Of a stretch of 64,000 nt of DNA, positions 46,601-59,522 are shown in pieces. Within the stretch, counting starts at the first letter, position 1. Every line of letters starts with the position of its first letter. Made by a program: the position numbers and the translations under genes. The stretch comes from Vitrella brassicaformis CCMP3155 (Eukaryota > Protista > Chromerida). The stretch spans positions 33,935-97,934 of the forward strand of contig CDMY01000369.1 in assembly GCA_001179505.1 (NCBI GenBank). Direction: 5' to 3'. The notes under the pieces were generated by a model. The model saw only the letters and a list, made by a program, of their open reading frames with translations. It was not told the origin of the DNA and searched no databases.

Positions 46601-48158
46601 TGATGCTGGTCAACGAGGCTGGTCTTGATCCGGGCATCGATCACATGTCGGCCATGGCCCTCATCCACCGCCTCAGGCGGGACAAGCACACAATCGTCGG
46701 CTTCCGGTCCTACTGTGGCGGTTTGCCGTCACCTGAGGCGGCAGACAACCCACTGGGGTACAAGTTTTCGTGGAGTGCGAGAGGCGTCCTCACTGCATCC
46801 GTCGCACCGGCGAAATACCGCCTCAACGGACAGGTGAGACCACACGTGCACACAGGTGATGCGATCGTCTTCCTTGCCATGTCTGTGTGCCACAGGTGGT
46901 GGATGTGCCCGGCGAGTCGCTGCTGCTGTCTGCCCAGCCCGTGTCAGTCACTAGCGCCTTCAACCTGGAGATGCTGCCCAACCGTGACTCCATCTCCTAC
47001 GAGTCGCTCTACGAGATCGAGAGCATCCCCACTATCATCAGAGGCACTCTCAGATACAGAGGCTTTTCCGACATACTCGCCGGGTGCGTCAAACTGGGCC
47101 TCATGGACGGCACTCCGAGACCAGACCTCACCCCCTCCCGCCCCCCCACACCGGCCCTGATCAAGCAGGCCAGCAGCGGCGTCAGCGACGCCGGCATGAG
47201 CCCTTCTGCCTCACCCGGCCTCACCTCCCACGACAGCGGCCATCCCCACCACACACACCCCGTGTGGGCAGACGTCATGCGCAACGTGCTGGGGCTGGAA
47301 GAGCGGACGGATCTGATGGACGAGGGCGAGAGGAACGCCGTGCTGGTGGATGAGGTGGGCAAGAGGGTGCGGGAGATGCTCGCCGGTGGCGACATCGATG
47401 GAGAGCGGCATGTGAGGGTGATGGGGGCGCTGGAGTGGCTGGGGCTGCTGTCTGAGGCGCAGCAGGTGCCGATGAGGGGGTCGTTGGTGGAGGCTTTCTG
47501 CGCGTGTCTGCAGCAGAAGCTGGCATATAGCGAGGGCGAGCGCGACATGGCACTCATGCAACACACCATCGAGTACCAAAGGTCCGTCGGTCAGCCAGGC
47601 AGCCTGTGCTGTGCTGTGACGGACAGACAGGCCAGAGGGGATTGTGTAGTCACTGTCTGTCTGTCTGTCTGTCTGTTCTGTAGGTGTGGTGACGGGGCGA
47701 TGCGCCGTCTGCGGTCGACGCTATGTGTGTATGGCGACCAGCAGGCAACCGCCATGGCCAAGGTATGGTATGGTATGGCATCCACACAACGTACCGACCG
47801 TACCCACAAAAGAGAGACACACTTACGGATGGCTGGTGTGTGTATGTCTGCTAAATTATGTGTACGCAACTCAACTCGTGTCTGCTGCAGACAGTGGGGT
47901 TCACCGCTGCCATCTGCACCGATCTCATCCTTCAAGTGAGTGAGGGGGGCTTGGGGGGCTTGTGTGGTGAAGGAAGGACACCCATACATACTGACTGCAT
48001 CGCTTATTGTGTCTGCCTGTGTATTCCTGAAGGGTCGGCTGAAGGCGAGTGGTGTGGTCCGGCCTGTGTGCAGCGAGGTCTATGTGCCGGCCCTAGAGGC
48101 GCTCAACAAGGAGGGCATCTCCTTCCACGAGAGGGACGAGCCGCTGCCCAGCCACTGA
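43696..48158 (+). CDS. AASS: Bifunctional lysine-ketoglutarate reductase / saccharopine dehydrogenase (alpha-aminoadipic semialdehyde synthase) with plant-type interdomain
   Basis: GIRREDKTVWERRAPLTP, FFSHTIKGQ, RLVAFGSYAG, NGIYWERRYPR, DVTCDLEGSVE (LKR); GHLFDSGLINHALD (interdomain); ILLLGAGMVAGP, NEAGLDPGIDHM, GYKFSWS, RGTLRYRGF (SDH). The start is uncertain. Confidence 0.95.
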
Positions 48159-48684
48159 AGTCTCTCGCGACGTGGGCAATGGACTGTAGAGTAGAAGACA
48201 AGGTGGATGGATGGGCGACTGACACAGGAGGGAGGCGGAGAAGAGAGGAAAGGACGAGCAGCCACGTATGTATTTGTGGAACTCTGATCGCATCCATCGC
48301 ATGTATCTATCTATCGCTGCTGTGTGTGTCTGTTGTGTGAGTGAGAGTGATAGATACTTGTACAGTCAGTATTAGTTCCTTCCTTGGTGTTTCCTCCTGT
48401 CCGTGCCGTGCCGTGCTGGTGTCTGTATGTCGTCTTTTTTGTGGCGTGTGTTCTGTGCATCTAGCTACCGATAGATCGGCAGACAGACAGAACTGCTAGA
48501 ACGAACAGTGGAGATCGATCGCGTTATCCATACAAATGGCCTTGTGTGTGTCCTCGAACCTTGCCCCCTCCCTCCCTCCACCCATACATGCGGACAGACA
48601 GACATACACGCAACCCACAGTCCCCCTGTGTCTCAAGCACCCACAAACCGCCCGCCCCTCCCCCGCCCCACAAATGACATCACG

Positions 48685-50741
48685 CTACGCCCCAGTGCCG
48701 CCAGCGCGTGTGGGCGATCCACCCCCAGTGAGCTGAGACATCGGCGACGGGTCGGCGCTGCTCGACGAGTAGGAGAGCTGCTTCATGAACAACGACTCTC
48801 GTGACAGGTGCTTCGAGAACACCGCACTGACCCTCTTGTATGCCTCGCCCTGGCCCAGCGGGCTGAGGGCGTCCCCGAGCATGGTGTCCTCGGTCCCCGC
48901 TGGCCGGCGGCTGACGGAGGACCTGTCCTTGTCGGCAGGGGTCTGGAAGGAGGATGAGGACCCCTGCTTGGAAGGGGTCAAAGTGCTGAGCTGGAGAGAG
49001 GACCCCTTGGACCGAAGACGCTCGACACGCGACATGGGGCGGGAGGGAGAGGGGGACGGACCGCCTTGGTCACCTGCACACAGACAGACAGACCCACGGA
49101 CATGCGAAGATAGGTGCGTCGAGCGGCTTGCGTGGCCAATTGGATCGATCAGTCTTTCATCGTGTAGGTACCGGCGGGGCCGCTTTCGTCCTTGACGCGG
49201 CTCCGTGACCGCCGCAGTGATTCGAGTCGAGACTCGAGTCGCGTCACCCCCCTCCCGACACTGGTGCCATCCTCTGGCTGAATGTCACCTGGCTGGGGAC
49301 CTCCTTCCAGACCTGCACACACAACCATCCCACCCAGTGAGTGCCAAGGCATTCTCTATCAATCAATCAATCAATCTGTTGGGACTGTTGCCCGCCCTGC
49401 CCTCCGGCTGACCTTCATCGTCCTCCTCTCTCCCTTTCACCCCCCTCTGCCTCTCCTCCCGTGCCTTCAACCGAGCCTCGATGTCCACAAACGACCGCGA
49501 CCCACCCAACTTAGACCCACCCTCATCGCCACCGCGGCCCTTGGCCCTCGCCGGTGATGGGGATGGGCGCGTAGGCGATTTGGGTGGCAGCCCGAGGGTC
49601 TTGAACAACTCCTGCGTCTTCTGTGAGCGCACCGGCCGCGCCGCCTCGCTCTCACCCCCTCCCCCTCCCCCTTTGCCCATCCTGGAGCCACTGCGTCTGA
49701 GGGAACTGGTGATGTCGTCCAGGATGCTCTGGCCGCTCACAGGGCCGCCTCCTCGAGATGGCTGGGGCAACAGGGAGGGCCGGTCGCCGCCCGCATTGGG
49801 CGACACGGGCCGTGAAGAGTGCATAGGGGATGCGGGGAGGGACGAGAACGACTGTTGGAGAGCGTCGGCCGCCCCTACCTTGCTCCTCGGCGGTGGGGGC
49901 GACACCGACCAGCCGGCGTTGGGCGACACGGGCATCGAAGCACCGATGCGGCTCGACAGCCTCTCGAGCGCCCCACCACTACCACCAGCACCGGCCGGCC
50001 GCTGTGTGGGCAGGGGTGTGGGCGCGAACTTGAGAGCAACGACAGGCGCCCGCAGGACGTCATGCCCGAGGGCCAGGAGGCCTTCTATCTTGTCGCGGAG
50101 CATCTGGCAGTTGTCGTCGAAGGGCGAGAAGAATGGGGGGAGGGGGAGGGGCTGAAGCAGCCGGGACTGACCGCCTTTGGCTGCCTGGGGGGCGAAAGAG
50201 CGGCTGTTGGGCGACACGGGGGCCGACGTCAGGGGCAGAAGAGGACGGGAAGGGGACTCGTCTGTAGGTCAGAAATCAACGCGACAACGCGCGCATGATC
50301 CTTCTGGGTGTATCTGGTATATCCGTGATGCCCTCCCTCACCTCTGGAGGTGGCCGTGGGCGAGACGGGCGTCGTCAGTCTGCCGGTCAGTGTCCGACTC
50401 AGCGATGTCCGCAGCTTATCCAGTGACGGCGACGCCTCTGCCTTGCCGGCACCACCGCCCCCGCCATTATTGCCTCCCTTGGCCTCCCTGCTTCTCCCCA
50501 GCATGCCCTGGAGCCGCGACAGCGCATCAGACCCCTTCTGCGGACTCTTCTCGGTGGCCGAGAAGCGGGACGATGAGTGGGCGAGGATGGACCGGACGGG
50601 CTGGGAGCCTCTGCTGTTGGCCTGGTGGTGGCCCTCGGGGGATGGCGGCATTGGTTGCCCACCGGTCTCCTTGGTGTTGAACCGCACGAACGATGGGCCT
50701 CGTGTGATGCTCGCGCGGCTCGGGGCTCTCAATGCACACAT
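48685..50741 (-). CDS. Hypothetical Ser/Pro/Gly-rich disordered protein
   Basis: Four long same-strand ORF segments (50229-50867, 49363-50217, 49149-49352, 48685-49035) of similar low-complexity composition, separated by intron-like tracts. No domain was recognised and the boundaries are approximate. Confidence 0.45.
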
Positions 50742-50947
50742 CGGACAGACAGCTGCCTGCCCAAAGCGATTGATTCTACACAGCCAAGTAGAGGCACCTG
50801 CATGCACACCAGGAGAGCGGAAATGCCGACAGAGAAGTGATACTTGCAGGAGTGCGTCGTTTCTCACCTTAAATGGACAGCAAACGATGGAGGACCAACA
50901 TTCTCGCCATCATTATGCACGAGGGGGGGAGAGGACGCTTTCAGCAG

Positions 50948-50973
50948 TTGCGAGCTTAGACGAGTTGCGAGCT
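50948..50973 (+). promoter_or_regulatory. Tandem TTGCGAGCT pair upstream of STE24
   Basis: AGTTGCGAGCTTA is repeated twice, about 140 bp before the ATG at 51110. Confidence 0.55.
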
Positions 50974-51109
50974 TAAAAGAGAGTGAGGGAGCGCCTCGCG
51001 AGCAAAGAAGCTCAAATCGGCAATTGCCCGCGGCCTCAGATCCCATCATCTGCTGGTTGACAGGAGCTGAGCTGCAGTGTGTGTGGCGATGGGCCAGGCG
51101 TTGTCGCGT

Positions 51110-53237
51110 ATGTCGTCAGCTCAGCAGGGCGGCACCCAATGGCTGCCCATGTTCCTCATCTTCAGCACCGGCGTCACCCTGCTGGAGCAGTACCTCGAGT
51201 ACAGACAGCTCAAAAGAGACTACGAGAAGAAGATACCGAAGGAACTCAAGGGCATTATCTCTGAGGAACGGTTCCACAAGGCGCAGGTGAGAGAGCAGAG
51301 CGAATGAGATGAGAGAATGGTGCATGGCTTGTTCGTTCGTTGTGTGAGTGTTTCTTGGTGTGTGGATGGACATCGATATGGATGTGTGTCATCATGTCAT
51401 GGTCATCAGGCGTACAACGCCGAGAAGCGCGTGTTTGGGATGTACAAGTCGCTGTTTGACTTTGGGCTGCAGACGGTGTACCTGGTCTTCTTCGTCTACC
51501 CATGGATGTGGAGCCTCTCCGGCAGGTGCTTCGGCACCAACGAGTACGCACAGTCGCTGGGCTTCTGGCTCTTCCACACCGTCATCATGGAACTCATCGG
51601 CACGCCATGGTCACTGGTGCGTGCGTGTGGGGCACGGCAAGGCACACTGAGAGAGGCAGAGCCAGATGGATTGATGGATGGATGGATGATGTGTGTGTGT
51701 GTGAGGTCAGTATTACGACTTTGTGATAGAGGAGCGTCACGGGTTCAACAAGAAGACGATGGCGCTGTTTTGGATGGACAAGCTCAAGTCCAACGCCATC
51801 GCTGCCGTCATCGGTCCGCCCATCATATGCGCCATCATCTGGATCGTCCACAAGGGCGGCAAGAAAATGTTCCTGTGGGTAAGTCAAGTGTGCACCTCTA
51901 GCTAGGGACCGAGGCCCGCCCATACGTATGGGCACTTCCATGGTGTGGTGTGTGTGGTGTGGTGTGGTGTGTGTGCAGCTGTGGGGATTCACGATGTGCA
52001 TATCGCTGGCGGCGCTGTTTATCTACCCCAACCTCATCGCCCCGCTCTTCAACAAGTACGAGGCGCTCAAGGATGACAAATTGCGCAAAGAAATCGAAGA
52101 CCTGGTAAGGCAGGCCTACGGACACCCACACCACACACCCATCGTGAGAGAGAGACAGAGAGACAAATGTGTGCGATCGATCGTCAGGCGAGCGGGTTGA
52201 AGTTCCCCCTGGGGAAGCTGTACCAGGTGGACGGCTCCAAGCGGAGCAGCCACTCCAACGCCTACATGTACGGCTTCTGGTTCGAGAAGAGGATCGTACT
52301 CTTCGACACACTCCTCAACCTCTCACACGACAAAATACTCGCCATACTCGGTTAGCTCAGCCAGTCGCCCTCCTCCTAGGACCCTCTTGCAGACACACCC
52401 ATACCTGCCTTTGTTTGGTGCATTGCCATCGCTGTGTGCACTGCAGCCCATGAATTGGGGCACTGGAAGCACGGCCACACATTGCAGATGATGCTGCAGG
52501 GGTTTGCCCACCAGTTCGTCATCTTTTACATCTACAGCGCCGTGGCGTGGAACGAGGGCCTCTTCCGCTCCTTCGGCTTCAACGACAAGAGCGTCCTCAT
52601 CGGACTCACTCTCTTCTCCCTCATCTTCTCGCCTGTAAGAAAGAGCTGAGTGAGCAGCAGACAGACGAAGATGCATTGTGTGGGTGGATGGATGGTGTGG
52701 TTGGTGCACGGTGTGGTGCAGGTGAACGAGGTGATATCTCTGCTGCAGACGCTGCTGAGCCGCGTATATGAGTTCCAGGCGGACCGGTTCTCGGCCTCCC
52801 TGGGGTACGGCGACTCGCTCAAGGGGGGGCTCAAGGAAATCTCAGAGCAGAACCTCTCGTGCTTCAACCCTGACCCTTGGTAAGCAAGTCTTAAGCTGGG
52901 GGGGGGGGGGGGGGGGNNNNNNNNNNNNNNNNNNNNNNNNNNNNNNNNNNNNNNNNNNNNNNNNNNNNNNNNNNNNNNNNNNNNNNNNNNNNNNNNNNNN
53001 NNNNNNNNNNNNNNNNNNNNNNNNNNNNNNNNNNNNNNNNNNNNNNNNNNNNNNNNNNNNNNNNNNNNNNNNNNNNNNNNNNNNNNNNNNNNNNNNNNNN
53101 NNNNNNNNNNNNNNNNNNNNNNNNNNNNNNNNNNNNNNNNNNNNNNNNNNNNNNNNNNNNNNNNNNNNNNNNNNNNNNNNNNNNNNNNNNNNNNNNNNNN
53201 NNNNNNNNNNNNNNNNCTTCCTCGGTTGTGTTGCATG

Positions 53238-53268
<31 letters not shown>

Positions 53269-53463
53269 AGGTATGCCTGGTATCACTACAGCCACCCTCC
53301 CCTGGTGGAGCGGCTCAGGGGCATCGAGAAGTACCAGGCCACCACCACCACCAGCTGCAGCAGCGAGGGCGACGACCAGCCAGGCAGGACAGAGGCGGCC
53401 ACTGAGGCCGAGAAGGAGCCACTCTTAGCAGCGGCGACAGGCGGCAAGGACAAGGAGCTGTGA
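51110..53463 (+). CDS. STE24: CAAX prenyl protease 1 (peptidase M48, STE24/ZMPSTE24)
   Basis: [49 protein letters not shown] (HExxH), [17 protein letters not shown]. One intron contains a gap. Confidence 0.96.
52917..53216. other. Assembly gap (300 N placeholder)
   Basis: N run after a poly-G tract in a STE24 intron. Confidence 0.98.
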
Positions 53464-53948
53464 GCCGTGTGTACCTGCAGTGTGCATCTGCATGCAAGGA
53501 GAGCTCCAAGGAGAGTTCCTCCTGTATTACATCTTTAAGCGTTGTATACGAAGTGCCGTAGTGTAGTTGTGCGTTCAATTGGTGACAAACATTATCCCCC
53601 TCTCTCGTGCGCGCGCGGGAGGGGGATGAACATTCGGACAGTTGCCCAGTGGACGGTTGTCCTTTCCCACTGACAATTAATGAACATGTGCCACTCACTC
53701 ATGTAAGTCCTTGCCGTAAGAATCAGCATGCAACTCGGTCGGATACACACACACGGAAAAAGCCGATAGATAGCTGGACAACCACACACATCAATCATGC
53801 AGTGAAGACCCCATCCAGTCAGTCAACACACTGACTGCACTGCACACCTTACAAGAAACAAAGGACAGCTCAGCCGGCCACAATAGATACCCACTCCCGC
53901 GATATCTCCCTCCCTCCCCCAGCCAAAGTGGTCCATCATCCATATCCC

Positions 53949-54350
53949 TCACACTTTTGCCTCCTTGGGGAGCTGCTTAAACTGTAGCGCCTCCCCAGTC
54001 TTGATCTCCTTCTCCGACTCGTTCAGGAACTTGACCATCCTGTCATGCTCCTCCTGCAGGCTCAGCTCCCGCTGCCCTATCGACCGCACCCGCAGGTCAC
54101 GGATCTCAAACTGCCGGTCGATGACGACAACGCCCGCCGCCGTGGCGACGAAGAGCATGACGAGAGAGGGCACCCCGGCGGACAGGAGGCCCGTCCGCTT
54201 GTCGAACCGCTTGGCGCGCTTCCTGCTGTACTTGTAGAGGGACCTGTAGAGGTCCTTCTGCAGAAACCGCTCCTTGCGCACCTTGAGCAGGTTCCAGAAG
54301 CTCCGCGACCAGCTCCCCACGCCGCGGACGTTGCCCCAGTCAAGCGTCAT
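53949..54350 (-). CDS. COX16: Cytochrome c oxidase assembly factor COX16-like, intronless
   Basis: Basic N-terminus, single TM helix (AGVPSLVMLFVATAAGVVVI), then RDLRVRSIGQRELSLQEEHDRM, the COX16-like 'LEEEH/Y' pattern. Confidence 0.55.
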   Translation of the reverse strand: MTLDWGNVRGVGSWSRSFWNLLKVRKERFLQKDLYRSLYKYSRKRAKRFDKRTGLLSAGVPSLVMLFVATAAGVVVIDRQFEIRDLRVRSIGQRELSLQEEHDRMVKFLNESEKEIKTGEALQFKQLPKEAKV

Positions 54351-54478
54351 CGATCTCGCCTGATGGATGAGCGAGGTCAGTCAAAATGCACTCATCTGCG
54401 GCCGTACCAAGCACCAAACCGCAACACCTGCAGTGTTCTCAGCCGACACAGCCTGGAAAAGCACCACCCCATGCTGAT

Positions 54479-54505
54479 CTAGGGTGCTGCCTGAAACCGC
54501 TGCTG
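54479..54505 (+). repeat. 27-bp element, copy 2 (CTAGGGTGCTGCCTGAAACCGCTGCTG)
   Basis: Lies 60 bp upstream of the RACK1 ATG; matches the reverse complement of 6538-6564. Confidence 0.8.
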
Positions 54506-54565
54506 TGTGGAGATCTCGGCGCTTTGAGACGGCCTTCGCGTGGCTGTGCGTGTGGTTCGGTCGGT

Positions 54566-56239
54566 ATGGCGGAGAGCACGCTTCGTTTCTGCGGTGTGTT
54601 ACAGGGTCACCGGGGGTGGGTGACGTCCATCTCGTGCACCATCGACGCACCCAACGTCGTCATCTCCTCCTCGCGAGGTACACACACACACCGAAGAGGG
54701 CAATTAAGGAGGGGGAAGGGAGAAGGGGGGCAGCCAGCCGGGGGGAGATCTGATCTGACCTGTGTGCCTTGGTTGGTATGATGTATGGTGCCTGCAGATA
54801 AGAAGGTGATCTTGTGGAATATCACGCCAGACAACCCAGAGCAGTACGGCTATGCCAAGAGAGCACTCTCAGGGTCAGCCCAGCCAACTAACCACACACG
54901 GTTGATATGCCACCACTGCTGGCACCACTGGTTGGTACGCGCCTCACCTGTCTGTCTGTCTGTCTGGTTGGTTCTTCCGTCCATCAGTCACTCCCAGCCG
55001 GTGCAGGATGTGGTTTTGTCCACGGACGGGCAGTTCGCCCTCTCGGGATCTTGGGGTCAGTGACGCCACGCCACGCGAGGCCATGTGTATACTATAGCCA
55101 GCTGACATGGCTCTGTGTGTATGTGTGTGTGTCCCATGCCATGCTGGGTTGGTGGCAGACAAGACTCTCCGTCTGTGGGATCTGAACAAGGGCGAGTCGG
55201 TGCGGTCATTCGTCGGCCACACAGGCGACATCTTCTCCGTCGCATTCTCAGTCGACAACAGACAAATCGTCTCCGGTGAGTAAGAAGCAAGGTCATTCAT
55301 GTCGTCTGTCTGTGCAGATGGATGGATGGAAGGGTGGGTCGATGTGTATTTAATGCACATGTGTGTGTGTGTGCAGGGAGTCGCGACAAGACGATCAAGT
55401 TGTGGAACACGTTGGCCGAGTGCAAGTACACCATCCTCGACGACCAGCACACCGACTGGATCAGCTGCGTCCGATTCAGCCCATCAGCCAAACAGCCTAT
55501 CATCGTCTCATGCGGATGGGACAAACTCGTCAAGGTCAACACAACACCAACCACCTCCCTCCAACTATCTCCCTCTCTGTGTGTGTGTGTGTGTTTAGGT
55601 GTGGAGTCTGACCAACTGCAAGCTGAAGACCAACCTGGCCGGCCACAGCGGCCCCCTGTACACGGTGACCATCTCGCCCGACGGCTCCCTGTGCGCCAGC
55701 GGCGGCAAGGACGGCACGGCGATGCTGTGGGACGTCAACGAGGGCAAACACCTCTACTCCCTCGAGGCGGGCGTCACCATCAACGCACTCTGCTTCTCCC
55801 CCAAGAACTACTGGCTGTGCGCCGCTACAGACAACTCCATCAAGGTCACTGTGGTCACACACACAGACCACAGACGGACACGACAGACAGAGAGCGACGG
55901 GTGTACGGTGTGTGGTGTGGTGACTGTGGCAGATATGGGATTTGGAGAATAAGAATGTGTTGGAGGAGCTGCACCCGACGGAGCCGTCCAAGTCGGGCCT
56001 CCCATGGTGCGTTTCGCTCACCTGGAGCGCCGACGGAAACACACTCTTCGCTGGGTACGTACGTCACGTCAGGTGGCACGTGTGTATGTCACCACAGAGA
56101 GAGAACAGAGAGAGAGACATGTCTGTCTGTATGTATGTCTGCCTGCCCTTGTCTTCGACCTCTCTGTGTGTGTGTGTGGAATATCAGGTCGACGGACACC
56201 AACATCTACGTGTACGAGATTGCACGTCAAACCTACTAG
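54566..56239 (+). CDS. RACK1: Receptor for activated C kinase 1 (ribosomal WD40 protein)
   Basis: [105 protein letters not shown]. Confidence 0.97.
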
Positions 56240-57003
56240 ACAAACAAGACAATGGCGGGCAAGACAAGGCACTACATGTTCGTGTGCGTGTGCGTGGTTG
56301 CGTGAGCTAAAGGACGGGGGGTGGATGTGATTGATGTCTGGAAGGAAGGCAATTAGCCCTGCGGTCGGTGCATTCGGTGGATGCATCGGAAGCGAGCTGT
56401 CTCCTTCGTGCGTGTGCACACACATACTTGCCTATTACGTTGCTCGACTCGCCTAATTGCTGGCCTGACTGCCTGTCGCCCCCTCTGTAATGCCGTAAGG
56501 ATGGCCGGCCGCCGGCGGCCCCGCCCCCCCTTCAAGGGGGAGGGAGCCGTGGCCGCCTTCCTTGACTGCCAGCTTTGATAGCGCTGAACAAACACGTCAC
56601 ACCGTCTGTGAGTGGTGCAATCGATGCTATCAGTGGTGCATTAAGGATCACGTGTGTGTTCGGACGCTTTGCTGGAGGAAGGGCATGGGGAGGGAGGATT
56701 CATTCGCGCGTCGATGGCTGGCAGGCAGGCAAGGCGATGCACATGCAGGCGATGTGACACTCGTGGTGGTGTGTGTGTGTGTGTGAGCCGCACAGACAGC
56801 ACAGCACGGCACGGCTGCTGACTTCCGATGTCAGTCACCTGAATGGCTGCACAAGTTTTCTTTATGATGACGGCACGGCACGACAGGCACGAAGGCAGTC
56901 AGCGCACACGCGTGGCACACACAGACACGTGCTGGCAACCGTTATGGTACACACACACACCACAAACCGGTCAGTCAGTCAGCGACCGCCCTCCCCTCCT
57001 GCA

Positions 57004-58623
57004 CTATAGCGCTGCAAACCCATCGGACTCACTTCGCACCCCAATGTCGTGCTCATCCCCTACGTCATCCCCTTCGCCCTCTCCCTCGCTCCAAACCAAC
57101 TCATCAGCCAACTGCAGCCGCGGCAACGGCGAAAACGGCGCCAAAGGGGACCAATGTCCGTCTCCGTCGCTATCGCTGCTCTTTCTCGCCTGCACTCGAA
57201 ACGGTGTGGTTGTGCTCTTGGCCAGCAGGGCATCAAACTCGTCTATGGCATGCCTCACCGCATCAAAATGCGACTTTGGCAGGGCTGCGAAGGCATCGCC
57301 TCCCCCTCCCCCTCCCCCTGCACCTTGCTGACGCACCCCAAAGGAACACGCCAGGTCGTCCAGCATGGCCTTGAGCGCCCCCATCTCTCCCCCACCAACA
57401 GTACTACCACCCCCACCCCCACAACCGCCCTCGATGCTGTCGAGCTCTTGCCGCATCGCACACCAATGCGCCCGGCCGTCAGAGAAGAAGTTGGGCACAT
57501 CAGCCGGCCCTCGCGAACGAGAGATGTGTGTGGTTGAGGGGTTTGGCGGGTGGCGTGCGACGGGGGAGTGCTGCGATGGGGCGGCAGGGGGTGCAGGCGG
57601 GCCCGGGTCGAGGAGGGTGTTGAGCGAGGAGGGGAGAGAGCAGAAGGAGGCCGTGGGGGTGGGGGCTGGGGGGGTTGGCCTGGTGGGATGCCGAGTGTTG
57701 CTCTTGCTTCGCTCAAAGGCGCGGATGTGGGCCGTCAGGACATCGATACATGAGTAGCTCTTGACCTGACGCGCACTGCAGAGGAGAAAAGAAAGGCATG
57801 TGGGTGGATGGATGGATGGATGGATGGGCGTTCGGGGTGGGGTGCCTACAGGTGCAGTGGCTCGAGGCCTTTGCGGTTTGGCAGGTGTGGGTCAGCGCCC
57901 TTGAGCAGCAGGTACTTGCACACGTCGGCAGCCCCTCTCGCCACCGCCCACAGCAGCGGCGTACGCCTCTTGCTATCATACCTAAGGAGGAACCAAGAAC
58001 GGACAAAAGGATCATCATTTGCAAATGGGTGGGCTCCCTCCCCTCCCGGCTGCCGCCTTCGGGGCTGTGCTCTGCTCACTTGTCGATGGACGCCAGTGCG
58101 CCGTTATCGATGAGCAGCCGACATAACTCCACACAACCGCTACCACTCGCCCAATGCTGGATGGTGTGATTGATGTATCCCACACACACATACACACAGG
58201 TGTCAATGACTGAGGAAGAGCGGTGTGGCTGACCCACCAGGGCAGATCGCTGCATGTCATCTTCAGCCGTCGCCGCCGTGGCAGCCGCGGCACCAGCCAG
58301 CCCCTCCGCCCTGCGCAAGAAGCTCTCAGCAGCCGGGAGGTGCTCGGAGAGAACCACATCGACTGCAGAGCGATACCCCGCCGCCCTGAAGTTGCCCGTG
58401 GTGTCCCAGTTGGCCGCCACAAAGAAGGCGTCCTGGCATGTCTGTCATACGTATGACACACACACACACCGCAGGAATTGAACGAGGAGAAGCCAGTGAC
58501 GAGAAGGTGAGTTCCGTTGAACCAATCGCGTTGAACCTTCAGGACAGCGTCTGACGGCGATGTTGTTTCCTGAAGCTTCAGGAACTGGCTCAGCAACGAG
58601 CCCTTCGCAATGGCGTCGCTCAT
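57004..58623 (-). CDS. Ankyrin-repeat protein with Pro-rich/low-complexity C-terminus
   Basis: TIQHWASGSGCVELCRLLIDNGA, RTPLLWAVARGAADVCKYLLLKGADP and LEPLHLA ankyrin consensus. A phase-2 intron links these into ORF 57004-57498. Confidence 0.8.
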
Positions 58624-59522
58624 CGATGCGATGTGGGCGGCCGGTCGGTTAACAAGGGTTTTGGGCGATCGGCGGGGTTTGACGGCGAGGATTTATCAAC
58701 CAGACATCGTTGGTCTTGCTCCTTCACGGCAGATTTGTCCGGTGCCCTCCGCAATGAGTCAATTGTGGCTAGTCGTTGCTCGACGGGTCCGTCAATTCAT
58801 CAACCAGAAATATCGAAGGCACTCCCCAGCCGTGAAGCTAGGAGCATTTGGACCTCCTGCCTGACGTGTCATCCCTGACGGCCGCCATGAGACCGTCAGA
58901 ACGGACCGTAGAGCAGGATACCGAAATGTTCATCACGTGGCGGAGGCCATATCTATCAAGAATATGTGAGTGGCATCCATATCCAAACGGAACAAAGCCT
59001 CGGCTGAAGAAAAGTGTGCTCTCTGTACACATACACACGTGTCGACAAGCAGAATGTCACACAAGGCCGTCGCTTTGCGACACCTGCAATGCCATCCATC
59101 CATCCAGCCGTGCTGTGGAATACCATCCCCTCCATCTATTCACGCGATGCAAAAAGCATACAGACGCTGCTCTCGCCCCAACCTCCAGCATCTTCCACCG
59201 AAACGCTCTCGCACCCTGTCGATCTGTGCAGCTACACACATGCGTGTCAGTGTGTTGTGTGTCGGGCAGCAGCCCAGCGTCTGTGCGATGGCAGCAGACC
59301 TTACAATGAATACGTTACAGTCGCAGGAAGAGACGGTGGGTGGATTACGTACGCAATGCATCCGCTCCCGCGTTGCTATTGCACTCAGATCAGGCAGGCT
59401 ATGTATAGGTAGACAGTGAGAGAGAGAGGATGTATTGACAGAGTGGAAGGGGAAAGGAGGCGAAGCCAGCCCCCCCCCCCCCTCTCTGTGTGCGTGTGAT
59501 TGTGATTGTGTGCGGTCTGTCT

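Noticed and set aside
26900-48158. Lysine catabolism cluster (ALDH plus LKR/SDH)
   Set aside because: The ALDH has ALDH10-like motifs ([10 protein letters not shown]) rather than those of the ALDH7 aminoadipate-semialdehyde dehydrogenase, and the genes are 14 kb apart.
31120-53500. Scattered TGCATGCA (ApiAP2-type) octamers
   Set aside because: They lie mostly in introns or 3' regions rich in TG/CA and are not concentrated upstream of genes.
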